Shown: positions 10,789 to 20,465 of the stretch, piece after piece
Numbering within the stretch: position 1 is the first letter of the stretch
Layout: each line of letters begins with the position of its first letter
Assembly (NCBI GenBank): GCA_963675785.1
Contig: OY776562.1
Coordinates: 74,516-138,515 of the forward strand
From: Anaerolineae bacterium
GTDB lineage: Bacteria > Chloroflexota > Anaerolineae > UBA1429
DNA: 64,000 nt
Direction of reading: 5' to 3'
Notes under the pieces: generated by a model
The model's database searches: none
Told to the model about the DNA's origin: nothing
Seen by the model: only the letters and a program-made list of their open reading frames with translations
Made by a program: the position numbers and the translations under genes

Positions 10789-10804
10789 AAAGGAGTCTAT
10801 TTCC

Positions 10805-11440
10805 GTGTTGAATGAACAGGGCTTTGATTTGTGGGCCGATGGTTTTGATGTGAGCGTTCAGTCAAGTGAAGAAGCCAATGCCTATCCCTTTGCTGGTTAT
10901 AAGGATGTGTTGAACGCCGTCTATCGGACTGTGCATACCAAAGGGGTGGCTCGCGTCTTGGATATTGGCTTTGGCACGGGTGTCTTGACCCAAAGGCTGT
11001 ATGATGAGAGCTATGAGATCTATGGCGTCGATTTCTCTAGTCGCATGATTGAAATTGCCCAGGCCAAGATGCCTTGTGCCCATTTGTATCAGTATGATTT
11101 TTCTGAAGGGCTGCCGCCAGCACTGGATGGTTTGCAGTTTGATTTCATTATCAGCACCTATGCGTTGCACCATCTGAGTGATCCTCAAAAGGTTACTTTT
11201 CTAGAGTTATTGCGAGATCATTTAGCGAAGGATGGCCGCATTCTCATTGGCGATGTGGCCTTTGAAAGCCGGAACCTTTTGGAAGCCTGTCAGCGTCAAG
11301 CAGGGGAAGGCTGGGACTCGGACGAGATATATATCGTCCATGATGAACTAGCGAGCTACTATCCGGATGGAGACCTGTGTTTTCAGGCCTTTTCCCACTG
11401 TGCAGGCGTTATCGAATTGGGTCCCCGTGTAACGAGATGA
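10805..11440 (+). CDS. Class I SAM-dependent methyltransferase
   Basis: Motif I VLDIGFGTGVLT and the downstream acidic motif YGVDFS. GTG start with an AAGGAG RBS. Confidence 0.7.
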   Translation: MLNEQGFDLWADGFDVSVQSSEEANAYPFAGYKDVLNAVYRTVHTKGVARVLDIGFGTGVLTQRLYDESYEIYGVDFSSRMIEIAQAKMPCAHLYQYDFSEGLPPALDGLQFDFIISTYALHHLSDPQKVTFLELLRDHLAKDGRILIGDVAFESRNLLEACQRQAGEGWDSDEIYIVHDELASYYPDGDLCFQAFSHCAGVIELGPRVTR

Positions 11441-11441
11441 G

Positions 11442-12032
11442 GTGATGATGCGAGTCCCTACGATTGAACAAGCCGAGGCTCTGCTTGTCAAAGCACAAGA
11501 GCTGAACCTGGGCGTTTGGGTTGACCATAGCAGAGTAGCAGGAAATTGCGCACGCGCTATAGCGAATGCTTGTCCGGATCTCGATCCAGATTCATCTTAT
11601 GTGATGGCTCTCTTGCATGATATCGGCCGTCGCTTTGGCGTAACCGATATGCGCCACATTATCGATGGTTATCAATTTTTGCAGGAACTTGGTTTTACGG
11701 ATGCTGCTCGCATTTGCTTAACCCACTCTTTTTCTTATCAGGACATTGCAGCATACAGTGGTAAGAACGATTGTACACCTGAAGAAACGGCTTTCATTAT
11801 CGATTATCTGGCAACCTGCCAGTACGATGACTATGACCGACTCGTACAGCTCTGTGATGTGCTGGCTTATCCTACGGGGTCGGTGTACATCGAAAAGCGC
11901 CTGGTGGATGTTGTCCTACGCCACGGTTTCAACGATCTTACTCTCGAAAAGTGGAAGGCGTTCCTTGCCCTAAAAGGCTATTTTGATGAGATGGCAGACA
12001 CAGATATTTATCGCCTTGTGGGGGTGTGCTGA
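11442..12032 (+). CDS. HD-domain phosphohydrolase
   Basis: H...HD signature (ALLHDIGRRFG); 196 aa. Confidence 0.6.
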   Translation: MMMRVPTIEQAEALLVKAQELNLGVWVDHSRVAGNCARAIANACPDLDPDSSYVMALLHDIGRRFGVTDMRHIIDGYQFLQELGFTDAARICLTHSFSYQDIAAYSGKNDCTPEETAFIIDYLATCQYDDYDRLVQLCDVLAYPTGSVYIEKRLVDVVLRHGFNDLTLEKWKAFLALKGYFDEMADTDIYRLVGVC

Positions 12033-12186
12033 TACTTGAGCGGTCTCTCATAGACGCGATGCCAGATCGACCTCGGAATACCATATGTAGATCTCGCAGC
12101 AATCTTGCCCTTCCGCTTAAAGATTCGGCTTTTTGCCTACTTGACAGGGTATTCGTTTTCTGACAAAATATGAACGAACGTTCATT

Positions 12187-12206
12187 AACTAACTAACTAA
12201 CTAACT
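12187..12206. repeat. (AACT)5 tetranucleotide microsatellite
   Basis: aactaactaactaactaact, read directly from the sequence, about 20 bp upstream of the RBS of the TetR gene at 12226. Confidence 0.9.
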
Positions 12207-12225
12207 ATCTTGGTGAGGAGAATGA

Positions 12226-12867
12226 ATGGATAAAAAAGCTGTTTTCGAAACGCTGATCGAAGAGGCGACATCAACTAAAGAGCGACTTTTCTACAGCGCA
12301 GTGTATCTCTTTTCTATCAAGGGCTATGCCAATGTGGGGATTCGAGCGCTGTGCAGTTCGCTGAATATGCAGCAAAGCGCTTTTTACAATCATTACAGCA
12401 GCAAGGAGGAACTCTTTGAGGCGATTCTTGCTCGCTTTGCAGAATTGAGCAGCCAAGTCGTTTTTACAGAGCAAGAAATCGATGATGTGGTGTGTTCGGG
12501 AGATGTAGCCTTGTTTTTCATCGAAAACATGAAAAAGTTCAGCGCCAGTACCGGCAGTCCACTTTATCACACACTGCTTCAAATCGTGCTGATGGAGAGT
12601 TACACCAATCCCATCGCCCACGAGATTGCCCGGCACAATCTCTACTACCTTCGCAAGGGTTATACCGAACAGGTTCTGTCCAGAATGATGGAGGCCGGGG
12701 ATATCAAGCCCTGCAATGTCGAGGTGGTTGCTGCCGAGTATTACTATGCGCTCATTGGGTTTTTCGATGAATATCTCTTGAATGAGGTTTGGGGCGAGAG
12801 CACCGATGTCATCGACAAGCGAATTGAGGAGCACATTCGTTTCTTTGTAGAGCTTTTGAAAAAGTAG
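12226..12867 (+). CDS. TetR/AcrR family transcriptional regulator
   Basis: N-terminal HTH-like region (TKERLFYSAVYLFSIKGYANVGIRALCSSLNMQQSAFYNHYSSKEELF); 213 aa. Confidence 0.7.
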   Translation: MDKKAVFETLIEEATSTKERLFYSAVYLFSIKGYANVGIRALCSSLNMQQSAFYNHYSSKEELFEAILARFAELSSQVVFTEQEIDDVVCSGDVALFFIENMKKFSASTGSPLYHTLLQIVLMESYTNPIAHEIARHNLYYLRKGYTEQVLSRMMEAGDIKPCNVEVVAAEYYYALIGFFDEYLLNEVWGESTDVIDKRIEEHIRFFVELLKK

Positions 12868-12902
12868 TGGCAGCAGGAGTTTCAGAATGAGCACAGTGAT
12901 TT

Positions 12903-13531
12903 ATGGAAAAGCTTGATCTGGACGAAAAGTATGTCTTTGCCGTTTGCACCTATGGTGATAGCCCTTGTATCGCGCTAGAAGAGCTAGAGCAGCTTGTCGA
13001 ATCTTGCGAGAGCAAGCTTTCGGCAGGTTTTGCCGTCAGAATGCCCTACAATTAGGTTAATCCTTCCAGAATACACCGCTTTTTAGTTCGTTCGCATTGC
13101 GCAATGTGCCCGAGGTCTCTTGTCAGGAGATGTTTGTGGCTTGGCACGAAACATTGCCGACTATTGCCAAGCTGGTTCAGGCTCGTGGACTCGGCGAGGT
13201 AATCATTGAGCATTGAGGGACCGAGCTCTCTTACGTGGAGAGCATCCAATTGATGGATCATGGCTTTAGCAGCAATAGTACTTGTATCGGCTGTGGCACT
13301 TGTCAAAGGGTGTGCCCGGTGGGGAATATCGAGATAGTGGGTAGTCAGCCTGTATGGCAGCATCGTTGCGAGAAATGCTTTGCCTGCTTGCAGTGGTGTC
13401 CCCAAGAGGCCGTTCAGTTTGGCACGGCTACGGTGGGCCAAAAGCGTTATCATCACCCAAAGGTTCGTTTATCCGAGACGATGAGCGACCATGGGGAGGG
13501 TAGGAAATTAACCAAGGAGAATTTTGAATGA
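12903..13531 (+). pseudogene. Degraded EFR1-type (flavodoxin-like plus 2x[4Fe-4S]) ferredoxin gene, split across frames
   Basis: A short ORF MEKLDLDEKYVFAVCTYGDSPC...AVRMPYN (flavodoxin-like fragment) is followed, after stops and a frame change, by a 98-aa ORF with two ferredoxin-type Cys clusters (CIGCGTCQRVCP and CEKCFACLQWCP). Confidence 0.4.
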
Positions 13532-13893
13532 GCAAGGTAATTGGGGCAGGCGTGTTATTTCTGTTGACGGGAGGGCTGGGCATTTGCTTGAGTAGTTCGG
13601 GCAAGCCTTACGGCACATTGATTTTCACAATCCACAAGCTCGTGGGGCTGGCGGCTGTGATATTCGCTGTCATCGTGGTTCGCAATTTACTGCAGGGAGC
13701 TGGTATCGAAGGAACGGCCATGACGCTGATCATTGTCACGGGCGCTTCCATCCTGGCTCTGTTTGTGACCGGCGGTTTATTGGGGGCCGAGAAGGAGCCT
13801 TACATGTTGCTAAGGGTGGTGCACATTGTGGCAACGTGTCTGGCACTCCCTTCTGTGGGGGCGCTTTTCTATCTGCTGGGATTCAAGAAATAG
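13528..13893 (+). CDS. Small integral membrane protein (three or four predicted TM helices)
   Basis: 121 aa, hydrophobic throughout. The start overlaps the upstream stop. Confidence 0.5.
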   Translation: MSKVIGAGVLFLLTGGLGICLSSSGKPYGTLIFTIHKLVGLAAVIFAVIVVRNLLQGAGIEGTAMTLIIVTGASILALFVTGGLLGAEKEPYMLLRVVHIVATCLALPSVGALFYLLGFKK

Positions 13894-13968
13894 ATGGTAT
13901 CGATCTGGTCGTTTTCTGTCTGGCACTGTGTTTAGGCACATAGTAAAATGCTATATGAGTTTGATTGG

Positions 13969-14000
13969 GAGGTGGCAATTGCAAATGCCACCTCTTATTC
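13969..14000 (+). terminator. Stem-loop GAGGTGGCA-N8-TGCCACCTC followed by TTATTCT (candidate intrinsic terminator)
   Basis: Perfect 9-bp inverted repeat read from the sequence downstream of the membrane-protein gene; the U-tract is weak. Confidence 0.35.
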
Positions 14001-14052
14001 TAGATAAGCACAATATACAACGAATGCCAGTGATTATTTTCGAGGGCAGAGT

Positions 14053-14472
14053 ATGAGCCAGGTATTTCAGCGTTGCGGCGCGAGTGTGATTGTCTACAAA
14101 GGCGACCAGGTGTTGTTGCAACAACGCAAGGATAATCGCTGCTGGGCCTACCATGGTGGATGCGTCGAGTTGGGCGAGAATGTCGAGCAAGCGGCTAGGC
14201 GAGAACTGTTTGAGGAGACTGGGCTTGTTGCTGAGGAGCTCGATTTTTTCGGTATTTATTCGGGTCCCGAACAGCATCACATCTATCCCGATGGTAACGA
14301 GGTCTATTTTATCGATATTATCTATACTTGCACAGCCTTTACGGGTGAACTTTGTGCTCAATTAGCGGAATTACTCGATCTGAGGTGGTTTGCGTACGAC
14401 GCCATTCCAAATGAGATCAGCCCGCCGATCAAAAGTGCGCTGCTGGATTTCATTCAGCAGCATTATGGCTGA
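14053..14472 (+). CDS. NUDIX hydrolase
   Basis: Nudix box GGCVELGENVEQAARRELFEETGL. Confidence 0.75.
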   Translation: MSQVFQRCGASVIVYKGDQVLLQQRKDNRCWAYHGGCVELGENVEQAARRELFEETGLVAEELDFFGIYSGPEQHHIYPDGNEVYFIDIIYTCTAFTGELCAQLAELLDLRWFAYDAIPNEISPPIKSALLDFIQQHYG

Positions 14473-14499
14473 TGATCTTTCCTTGATAGGAGGTCGCTG

Positions 14500-15063
14500 G
14501 TGCATCTCGTACTCATTCGCCATGGGGAACCCGACTATAGCGAGGTCAACGAAAGGCATTATCCTGGTTTTGGCAAGGATTTAGCCAAATTAACGCCTCA
14601 AGGCCTTGAACAGGCTGAGGCTGTCTCTCACAATGCCAGATTGCAGGGAGCACAGCTTATCGTTTCTTCGCCCTATACGCGTGCTCTACAAACAGCAGCC
14701 ATCATCTCTAGAAACACCGGGTTGCCCATTCAAGTAGAGACCGATCTGCACGAGTGGATGCCAGATCTGACTTTTCAGTATGATAGCTGGGATTATGTAA
14801 TGCGAGCTGTCGAGGAGTGTACCAAGTATCGAGGGCGCCGTGATGATAGCTGTTTATACCAGTGGGAGGACCTAGCCCATGTCGCCGAACGTGCCTATCG
14901 CTGCCTGGCAAACTATGCCCATTATGAAAAGCTCGTTATAGTGGCCCATGGTATGTTGATGCGTCAGTTCAAATTCGTGCCCGAGATACCTTATTGCGGA
15001 ATTCTAGAGCTAGAGTGGACGCCCGAAATGCCCTGGCCCGGGTTCATTGAGCGGCAGGATTAG
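14500..15063 (+). CDS. Histidine phosphatase family protein (PGAM-like)
   Basis: N-terminal RHG motif (LVLIRHGEPDY); GTG start with an AGGAGG RBS. Confidence 0.7.
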   Translation: MHLVLIRHGEPDYSEVNERHYPGFGKDLAKLTPQGLEQAEAVSHNARLQGAQLIVSSPYTRALQTAAIISRNTGLPIQVETDLHEWMPDLTFQYDSWDYVMRAVEECTKYRGRRDDSCLYQWEDLAHVAERAYRCLANYAHYEKLVIVAHGMLMRQFKFVPEIPYCGILELEWTPEMPWPGFIERQD

Positions 15064-15086
15064 CTGGATTTAAGCAACGCTGGTAG

Positions 15087-15554
15087 GTGAAGACGATGAT
15101 TACTTTTGGTAATACGATTACGGTTGAAGATTATTGCACGCTGCGCAAATCGGCCGGATGGCGCAAAATCGAGGATCGTCAAGCCCAAACGGGTCTGAAT
15201 AATTCAGCCTATATCACTGTGGCCAGTGATGGTATCAAGACAGTGGGAATGGCCCGTGTGGTCAGTGATGGCGGCTATATCGCCCTCATCGCTGATGTGA
15301 TTGTGTTGCCCGAATATCAAAATCGGGGCATTGGTCGGGCCCTCATGCACAATGTTGTGCGCTACATTGAGGATACGCTTTCGGAAGGACAGTGTGTTAT
15401 GGTCAACCTGATGGCGGCCAAAGGCAAAGAGGGCTTTTACGAGAAATTCGGTTTTGTAGTGCGTCCCAACGATTCGGTAGGGGCCGGTATGCACCGCTGG
15501 GTCGAGGGACACGCCAACAGCCTACTTGATCAACGACACACTGGAACTGACTAG
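15087..15554 (+). CDS. GNAT family N-acetyltransferase
   Basis: Acetyl-CoA motif QNRGIGRALM. Confidence 0.7.
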   Translation: MKTMITFGNTITVEDYCTLRKSAGWRKIEDRQAQTGLNNSAYITVASDGIKTVGMARVVSDGGYIALIADVIVLPEYQNRGIGRALMHNVVRYIEDTLSEGQCVMVNLMAAKGKEGFYEKFGFVVRPNDSVGAGMHRWVEGHANSLLDQRHTGTD

Positions 15555-15615
15555 ACTAAGGTTCAGTCCATTGGTGAGTGGGTTTAGTATCCTGGCTTGT
15601 AAAGGAAGGCAATCA

Positions 15616-15924
15616 ATGGACGAACTCTACCTCCTCGCACAGGGTTATAATTGCCGTTTTCCTCAAGGCGTTAATCCCTTTCAGATGGTTACGCGGTTGC
15701 TTGAAGAGTGTGGCGAAGTGGCCAGCGAGGTCAATCATTGGGAAGGTAGTGGCGTCAAGAGGCAAAAACATGGCGAACCCTCGAAAGCACAATTAGCGAA
15801 TGAGATTAGACAGGCTCTAGCTGCGCTAGCATCCATTGCTGCCTATTATTCAGTCGAAGAGGAGCTGCAAGTCTCCATTGATGATTCTCTCTCTCGTATG
15901 AGGGCCGAGGGTCTCATTGATTGA
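15616..15924 (+). CDS. MazG-like nucleotide pyrophosphohydrolase domain protein
   Basis: 102 aa from the internal ATG with an AAGGAAGG RBS; EECGEVASEV...ELADVL-type MazG pattern (weak). Confidence 0.45.
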   Translation: MDELYLLAQGYNCRFPQGVNPFQMVTRLLEECGEVASEVNHWEGSGVKRQKHGEPSKAQLANEIRQALAALASIAAYYSVEEELQVSIDDSLSRMRAEGLID

Positions 15925-15945
15925 ATGGTTTGATGAGGAACCCAT

Positions 15946-16686
15946 ATGAATGACGACATCTTGTACATCGAGGAACGTTCCTTAAATGCCCACCCCGCTA
16001 TAGAAACGCAGTTCTACGATGGCTGGGTGCTGCGCTTTGCTGGCGGTTACACCAAGCGGGCGAATTCCGTGAATCCCTTGTATGTGGGTGCTCTCCCTCT
16101 GGACGAAAAGATTGCCTTTTGCGAGGGGGTATACACACGGCAGGGCCTGCCCACGGTGTTCAAACTGACGCCCGCTTCGTCCGAGGGGTTGGACGAACTT
16201 TTGGCACGTAACGGCTATGAGGTGGTTGCTCCTACGAACGTCATGACACGCCCTTTGGCTGAGACGGATGCGGTCGATACTTTGGTGACTGTTGAGGATG
16301 AGATCGATGCGCGCTGGCAGCGCAGTTTTTTCGCCTTGAACGGGGTTACGGATAACGTCAAAATGGCCACAGCTTCTGCTATGATGAGACATATTTTGCA
16401 GAATGTGCTCTGTGCCCGCATTGAGAAGGAGGGATGGATCGTCGCCTGTGGATTATGCGTGGTGGAACGTGGCTATGCCGGCCTCTATGATATTGTCGTA
16501 GATCCCCTCTGCCGCAAGCAGGGATATGGCTATCGGCTCTGCAGTGCTCTGTTAGGTTCGGCGTACAAACTGGGGGCACACAGCGCATATTTGCAAGTGG
16601 TTGCTGAAAACGCTCCAGCCATGGCTTTGTATGCAAAGTTGGGCTTTGTGTATCTGTATCAGTACTGGTACAGGGTCAAGAGCTGA
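15946..16686 (+). CDS. GNAT family acetyltransferase (two-lobed, about 246 aa)
   Basis: C-terminal acyl-CoA N-acyltransferase motif (VVDPLCRKQGYGYRLCSALL). Confidence 0.55.
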   Translation: MNDDILYIEERSLNAHPAIETQFYDGWVLRFAGGYTKRANSVNPLYVGALPLDEKIAFCEGVYTRQGLPTVFKLTPASSEGLDELLARNGYEVVAPTNVMTRPLAETDAVDTLVTVEDEIDARWQRSFFALNGVTDNVKMATASAMMRHILQNVLCARIEKEGWIVACGLCVVERGYAGLYDIVVDPLCRKQGYGYRLCSALLGSAYKLGAHSAYLQVVAENAPAMALYAKLGFVYLYQYWYRVKS

Positions 16687-16716
16687 GAAAAGTACAAGAC
16701 TTTGGGGGAGGAGGCA

Positions 16717-17177
16717 ATGATTTCATTTGTTCGTTGTGATAGTCACAATGAAGATTTCCTCGAATTGGTGCGCTGCCTAGATGCCAACCTTTTTGCACGG
16801 AACGGCGCCATCCAAAACGAATATGCGTCGCATAACGTCATCGAGTTCATCGAGACTGTGATCATTGCCAAGGAGGATGATCTGGCGGTGGTTGCGGCTG
16901 CTTTCGCCTCTATGATGAAACTATTGTCGAGATCAAGCGTATGTTCGTGCGTTCTGAATATAGGGGGCAGGGCGTAGCCAAGCGCATCCTTGGCGAACTC
17001 GAGACCTGGGCGCAGGAGTTGAACTATACGGCCGCTGTGCTGGAGACGGGCCACTGGCAGATCGAGGCACTGAGCCTGTATCCGCGTTGTGGCTATGAAC
17101 GCATCTCCAATTACGGTCCCTATATTGCTTTCGATACAAGCATCTGCTTTCGCAAAGGGATTACATCGGCTGGCTAA
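16717..17177 (+). pseudogene. GNAT N-acetyltransferase interrupted by a -1 frameshift (single T missing in a T-run near 16903)
   Basis: Two overlapping ORFs (16702..16977 and 16941..17177). Joining them across a 1-nt gap gives a canonical GNAT (...AAAF/RLYDETIVEIKRMFVRSEYRGQGVAKRIL...). Confidence 0.6.
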
Positions 17178-17199
17178 TACTCGCGATTGAAGGGGAATC

Positions 17200-17886
17200 A
17201 TGATGAACAAGGCCTTGTTTTGGGATTTCGATGGCACGCTTACCTACAGCAAATCATTGTGGAGTAATGCAGTACTCAAAGCCTTGCAGAGCAGCATGGA
17301 TGATTGCCCCTTTGTTTTAGATGATATTCGCCCCCATCTGCGTCACATTTACCCCTGGCACATGCCAGACGCCGACCTGCATCACCTCATTGACGATGGT
17401 TGGTGGGACTTTATGTTCGCAGGGTTTGCCGGAATCTATCGTCATCTGGGCGTACAAGAGGCCCAGGCTGACGTCATCAGTTACAAAGTCAAAGACTATG
17501 TGTTGAGTGCGGCGAATTACACCCTGTATGATGATGCTATCCCCACGCTAGGGCGCTGTATCGCCCTTGGCTACAAGAACTATATCGTATCCAACAATTA
17601 CCCCGAATTGCCGCTGATTGTCGAGCAGCTTGGCTTGGCACCCTTTTTTAGCGATTATATCATCTCGGCCCTGATCGGCTATGACAAACCCCGTCGCGAA
17701 GTATTCGAACATGCTATGGATTTAGCGGGACATCCTCAGTGTTGCTTTATGATTGGCGACAATCCTGTGGCTGATATCGAAGGCGCCAATCGTGTGGGCA
17801 TTCCCTCGGTGTTGGTGCATCGAGATGTCCCCTCGACAGCTATGTATACCTTTGATACCCTCAACGAGATATCGAGTATTCTATAG
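17200..17886 (+). CDS. HAD-superfamily hydrolase
   Basis: Motif I LFWDFDGTL and a C-terminal GDN..D motif (MIGDNPVADIEGA). Confidence 0.7.
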   Translation: MMNKALFWDFDGTLTYSKSLWSNAVLKALQSSMDDCPFVLDDIRPHLRHIYPWHMPDADLHHLIDDGWWDFMFAGFAGIYRHLGVQEAQADVISYKVKDYVLSAANYTLYDDAIPTLGRCIALGYKNYIVSNNYPELPLIVEQLGLAPFFSDYIISALIGYDKPRREVFEHAMDLAGHPQCCFMIGDNPVADIEGANRVGIPSVLVHRDVPSTAMYTFDTLNEISSIL

Positions 17887-18014
17887 GGCCTGCATTGACG
17901 AACTCGGATATGAGGACGTGATATCCCGTTCTAAAAGTAAGTCTTCCATCTTGGTCGTGGAGCATATTCTGATACAATATGCTCCTCTTTTTGCTCCCTT
18001 CGGAGGATACTCGG

Positions 18015-18887
18015 ATGTTCACATATGACGAGCTTTTGACGAGATTTGCCTCGTGGACCGAGAGGACTCATGACGTGATAGCTGTTTTTATCATAGGCTC
18101 TCGTGCCAGAGATAAATCCCCGGCCGATGCCTTTTCAGATCTCGATCTCGTGTTAGTGGTCACGGATCCAGAACATTTCTTGTCGTCGGACGAGTGGATC
18201 GAAAATCTAAGCCCCTATTGGATGCAGTTCACTGAACGTACCTTTGGTGGTGGTCAAGAGCGCCGAGTGCTGTTTGAGGGGGCTCTTGACGTTGACTTTT
18301 GCCTATTTTCAGAGGCTCAATTTCGGCGTCTTGCAACTGAAAGAGAGGCGCACAAGATATTCTCCAGAGGATATCGGGTCATGCTCGATCAGGCTGGATT
18401 AGCTGGTCTGCTTCCCAATTGTAGTTTTGAGCATTCACAATCTCTTCCTCCACTAGAGGGCGAATTCTTGAACCGCGTTAATGATTTTTGGTTCCATACT
18501 GTGTGGGTTGCGAAAAAGCTGCAGCGAGGCGAGTTGTGGACCGCTAAATCATGTTTGGATTGCTATATGAAGCAACATTTACTATGGATCACCGAGTGTC
18601 ACGCTCACATCATCAATGGCTGGGGTTATGACACTTGGCACGACGGCCGTTTTTTAGACGTATGGGCATTGCGAGAAGTAAAGGGGGCAATCCCCTGTAC
18701 TTTTGCACGCTATGATCTCGTTGATATGGAACGTGCTCTGCGAGCCACGATGGATTTGTTCCATTCGCTGGCTGTAAAAGTCGCTGAGGATATGCAGTTC
18801 GAATATCCAGCAGAAAAAGAACAGCAGGTTATCAAGTGGGTCGATCAAGCATTAGCGAATCTATCCCCTTCTGATGCTGCATTATGA
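18015..18887 (+). CDS. Aminoglycoside 6-adenylyltransferase-like (ANT(6)/AadK family) nucleotidyltransferase
   Basis: N-terminal pattern of the ANT(6) family (FASWTERTHDVIAVFIIGSRARDKSPADAFSDLDLVLVV). Start at the internal ATG 18015. Confidence 0.65.
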   Translation: MFTYDELLTRFASWTERTHDVIAVFIIGSRARDKSPADAFSDLDLVLVVTDPEHFLSSDEWIENLSPYWMQFTERTFGGGQERRVLFEGALDVDFCLFSEAQFRRLATEREAHKIFSRGYRVMLDQAGLAGLLPNCSFEHSQSLPPLEGEFLNRVNDFWFHTVWVAKKLQRGELWTAKSCLDCYMKQHLLWITECHAHIINGWGYDTWHDGRFLDVWALREVKGAIPCTFARYDLVDMERALRATMDLFHSLAVKVAEDMQFEYPAEKEQQVIKWVDQALANLSPSDAAL

Positions 18888-19820
18888 ATGGGAACTGCTA
18901 TGGAACTAAATGAGCTTGTTCGCACTATTCCTGGTTCGAATGGTTGGCAACTAGTGCGAGAGGTCAATAAGGGCTGGTCATCCGATCGCAAATACTATGT
19001 CGAAACAGGTGAGGGGCAGCGACTTTTGTTGCGAGTTTCGGATATCGCCCAGTACGATGAAAAGAAGCGCGAGTTCGAAGCGATGAAACAGCTCGACACT
19101 CTCGACATAAATATACCTCGCCCCATAGATTTTGGCCTTTGCGAGGGAGGCGCGGCAGTGTACCTTTTGCTTACCTGGGTCAATGGGGCAGAAGCGGAGA
19201 AGGTATTACCTACGTTGAACAGCGCTGAACAATATAGATTAGGACTGGAAGCGGGCAGGGTGCTGGCCAAGATGCATCAGGTTCCTGCTCCCGAGGGACA
19301 AACTCCTTGGTCAGAACGTTTCAACGCCAAGATCGATCGAAATATCCGTAAACATTTGGCTTGTCGGATTCAAGCAGAGGGTGCTGACCGGATCATTGCC
19401 TACATTGAGACCAGCAGGCATTTGCTGGATGATAGGCCGCAGTGTTTTCAGCATGGCGATTACCATTGCGGTAACATGCTAATCAACAATCAGCGTCACA
19501 TTGGCATTATCGATTTCAACCGACTCGATTACGGCGATCCTTGGGAAGAATTCAATCGCATTACTTGGTGTGCTGCAGTCAGTCCCTTGTTTGCTTCGGG
19601 GCGTATCAACGGCTATTTCGAGGATGCTGTGCCTGACGAGTTTTTCAGGCTTTTGGCGCTGTATATCGGCAGCAATCAGCTCGCTTCTGTACCATGGGCC
19701 ATTCCCTTTGGTCCCGCCGAGGTACAGACAATGCTTCAACAAACAAAAGCTGTGTTAGCATGGTATGATGATTTCCGTTCCTATATCCCCAGTTGGTACA
19801 TCTCTCAATTCTCGGACTGA
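18888..19820 (+). CDS. Aminoglycoside/choline-kinase-type phosphotransferase (APH family)
   Basis: Catalytic loop HGDYHCGNMLI and IIDFNRLDYGDPWEEF. The start abuts the ANT(6) stop (TGAATG). Confidence 0.75.
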   Translation: MGTAMELNELVRTIPGSNGWQLVREVNKGWSSDRKYYVETGEGQRLLLRVSDIAQYDEKKREFEAMKQLDTLDINIPRPIDFGLCEGGAAVYLLLTWVNGAEAEKVLPTLNSAEQYRLGLEAGRVLAKMHQVPAPEGQTPWSERFNAKIDRNIRKHLACRIQAEGADRIIAYIETSRHLLDDRPQCFQHGDYHCGNMLINNQRHIGIIDFNRLDYGDPWEEFNRITWCAAVSPLFASGRINGYFEDAVPDEFFRLLALYIGSNQLASVPWAIPFGPAEVQTMLQQTKAVLAWYDDFRSYIPSWYISQFSD

Positions 19821-19878
19821 ACACGCCGAGGATTGGTCAAATTCACCATGCTGACGAGAACCAATCCAGGCAGAAAAC

Positions 19879-20302
19879 ATGACAAGAAACTACGAGTCTC
19901 AAGATCTTGATGGCTGTGTACAGCTTTTGATTGAGGCCTACAATTGCGAGCCCTGGAATAACCACTGGACTGAAGAGACGGGTAAACGATATCTTGACGA
20001 GTTTGCACTGTCTCGGAATTTCGTCGGTTTTGTAGCAACTGAGCATGAGGAGCTCGTTGGCGCCATGTTTGCACATAGGAAGACATGGTGGACCAACGAC
20101 AAAGTGTTCGTGGACGAGTTGTTCATTAAACCTGTTTTTAAGGCAAAGGCTATGGCACGGCTTTACGCGACATGGCGAGGACTATGGCCATTCAAAGGGT
20201 TTAGCCAGACTTATATTGTTGACGAATCCTTATATGCCCGCCAAGACCTTTTATGAGAAGAACGGCTATACGCTGGCAGAGCATGTTGTTTTTCTACTAT
20301 AA
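19879..20302 (+). pseudogene. GNAT N-acetyltransferase disrupted by two closely spaced 1-nt deletions (around 20140 and 20172)
   Basis: The N-terminal frame (19879..) runs to ...VDELFIKPVF. A third frame reads GKGYGTAL, and the track ORF 20045..20302 gives RHGEDYGHSKGLARLILLTNPYMPAKTFYEKNGY. Restoring one nucleotide at each junction yields ...FIKPVF(K)GKGYGTAL(L)RHGEDYG..., a canonical GNAT. Confidence 0.5.
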
Positions 20303-20465
20303 AAAAGTCTAGTTATTACAGACCTATCTCTCAGTCAAGATATGCAAACATGAACTCTTTGTCATTCTGCTTTTAACCACCATATAGCTTGATGTGCTTT
20401 GAGCAGATAAGGAACCCCAGATATCCAAATATGCTTGTTGATGGTTGTGCTATGTGACTGGCTAG

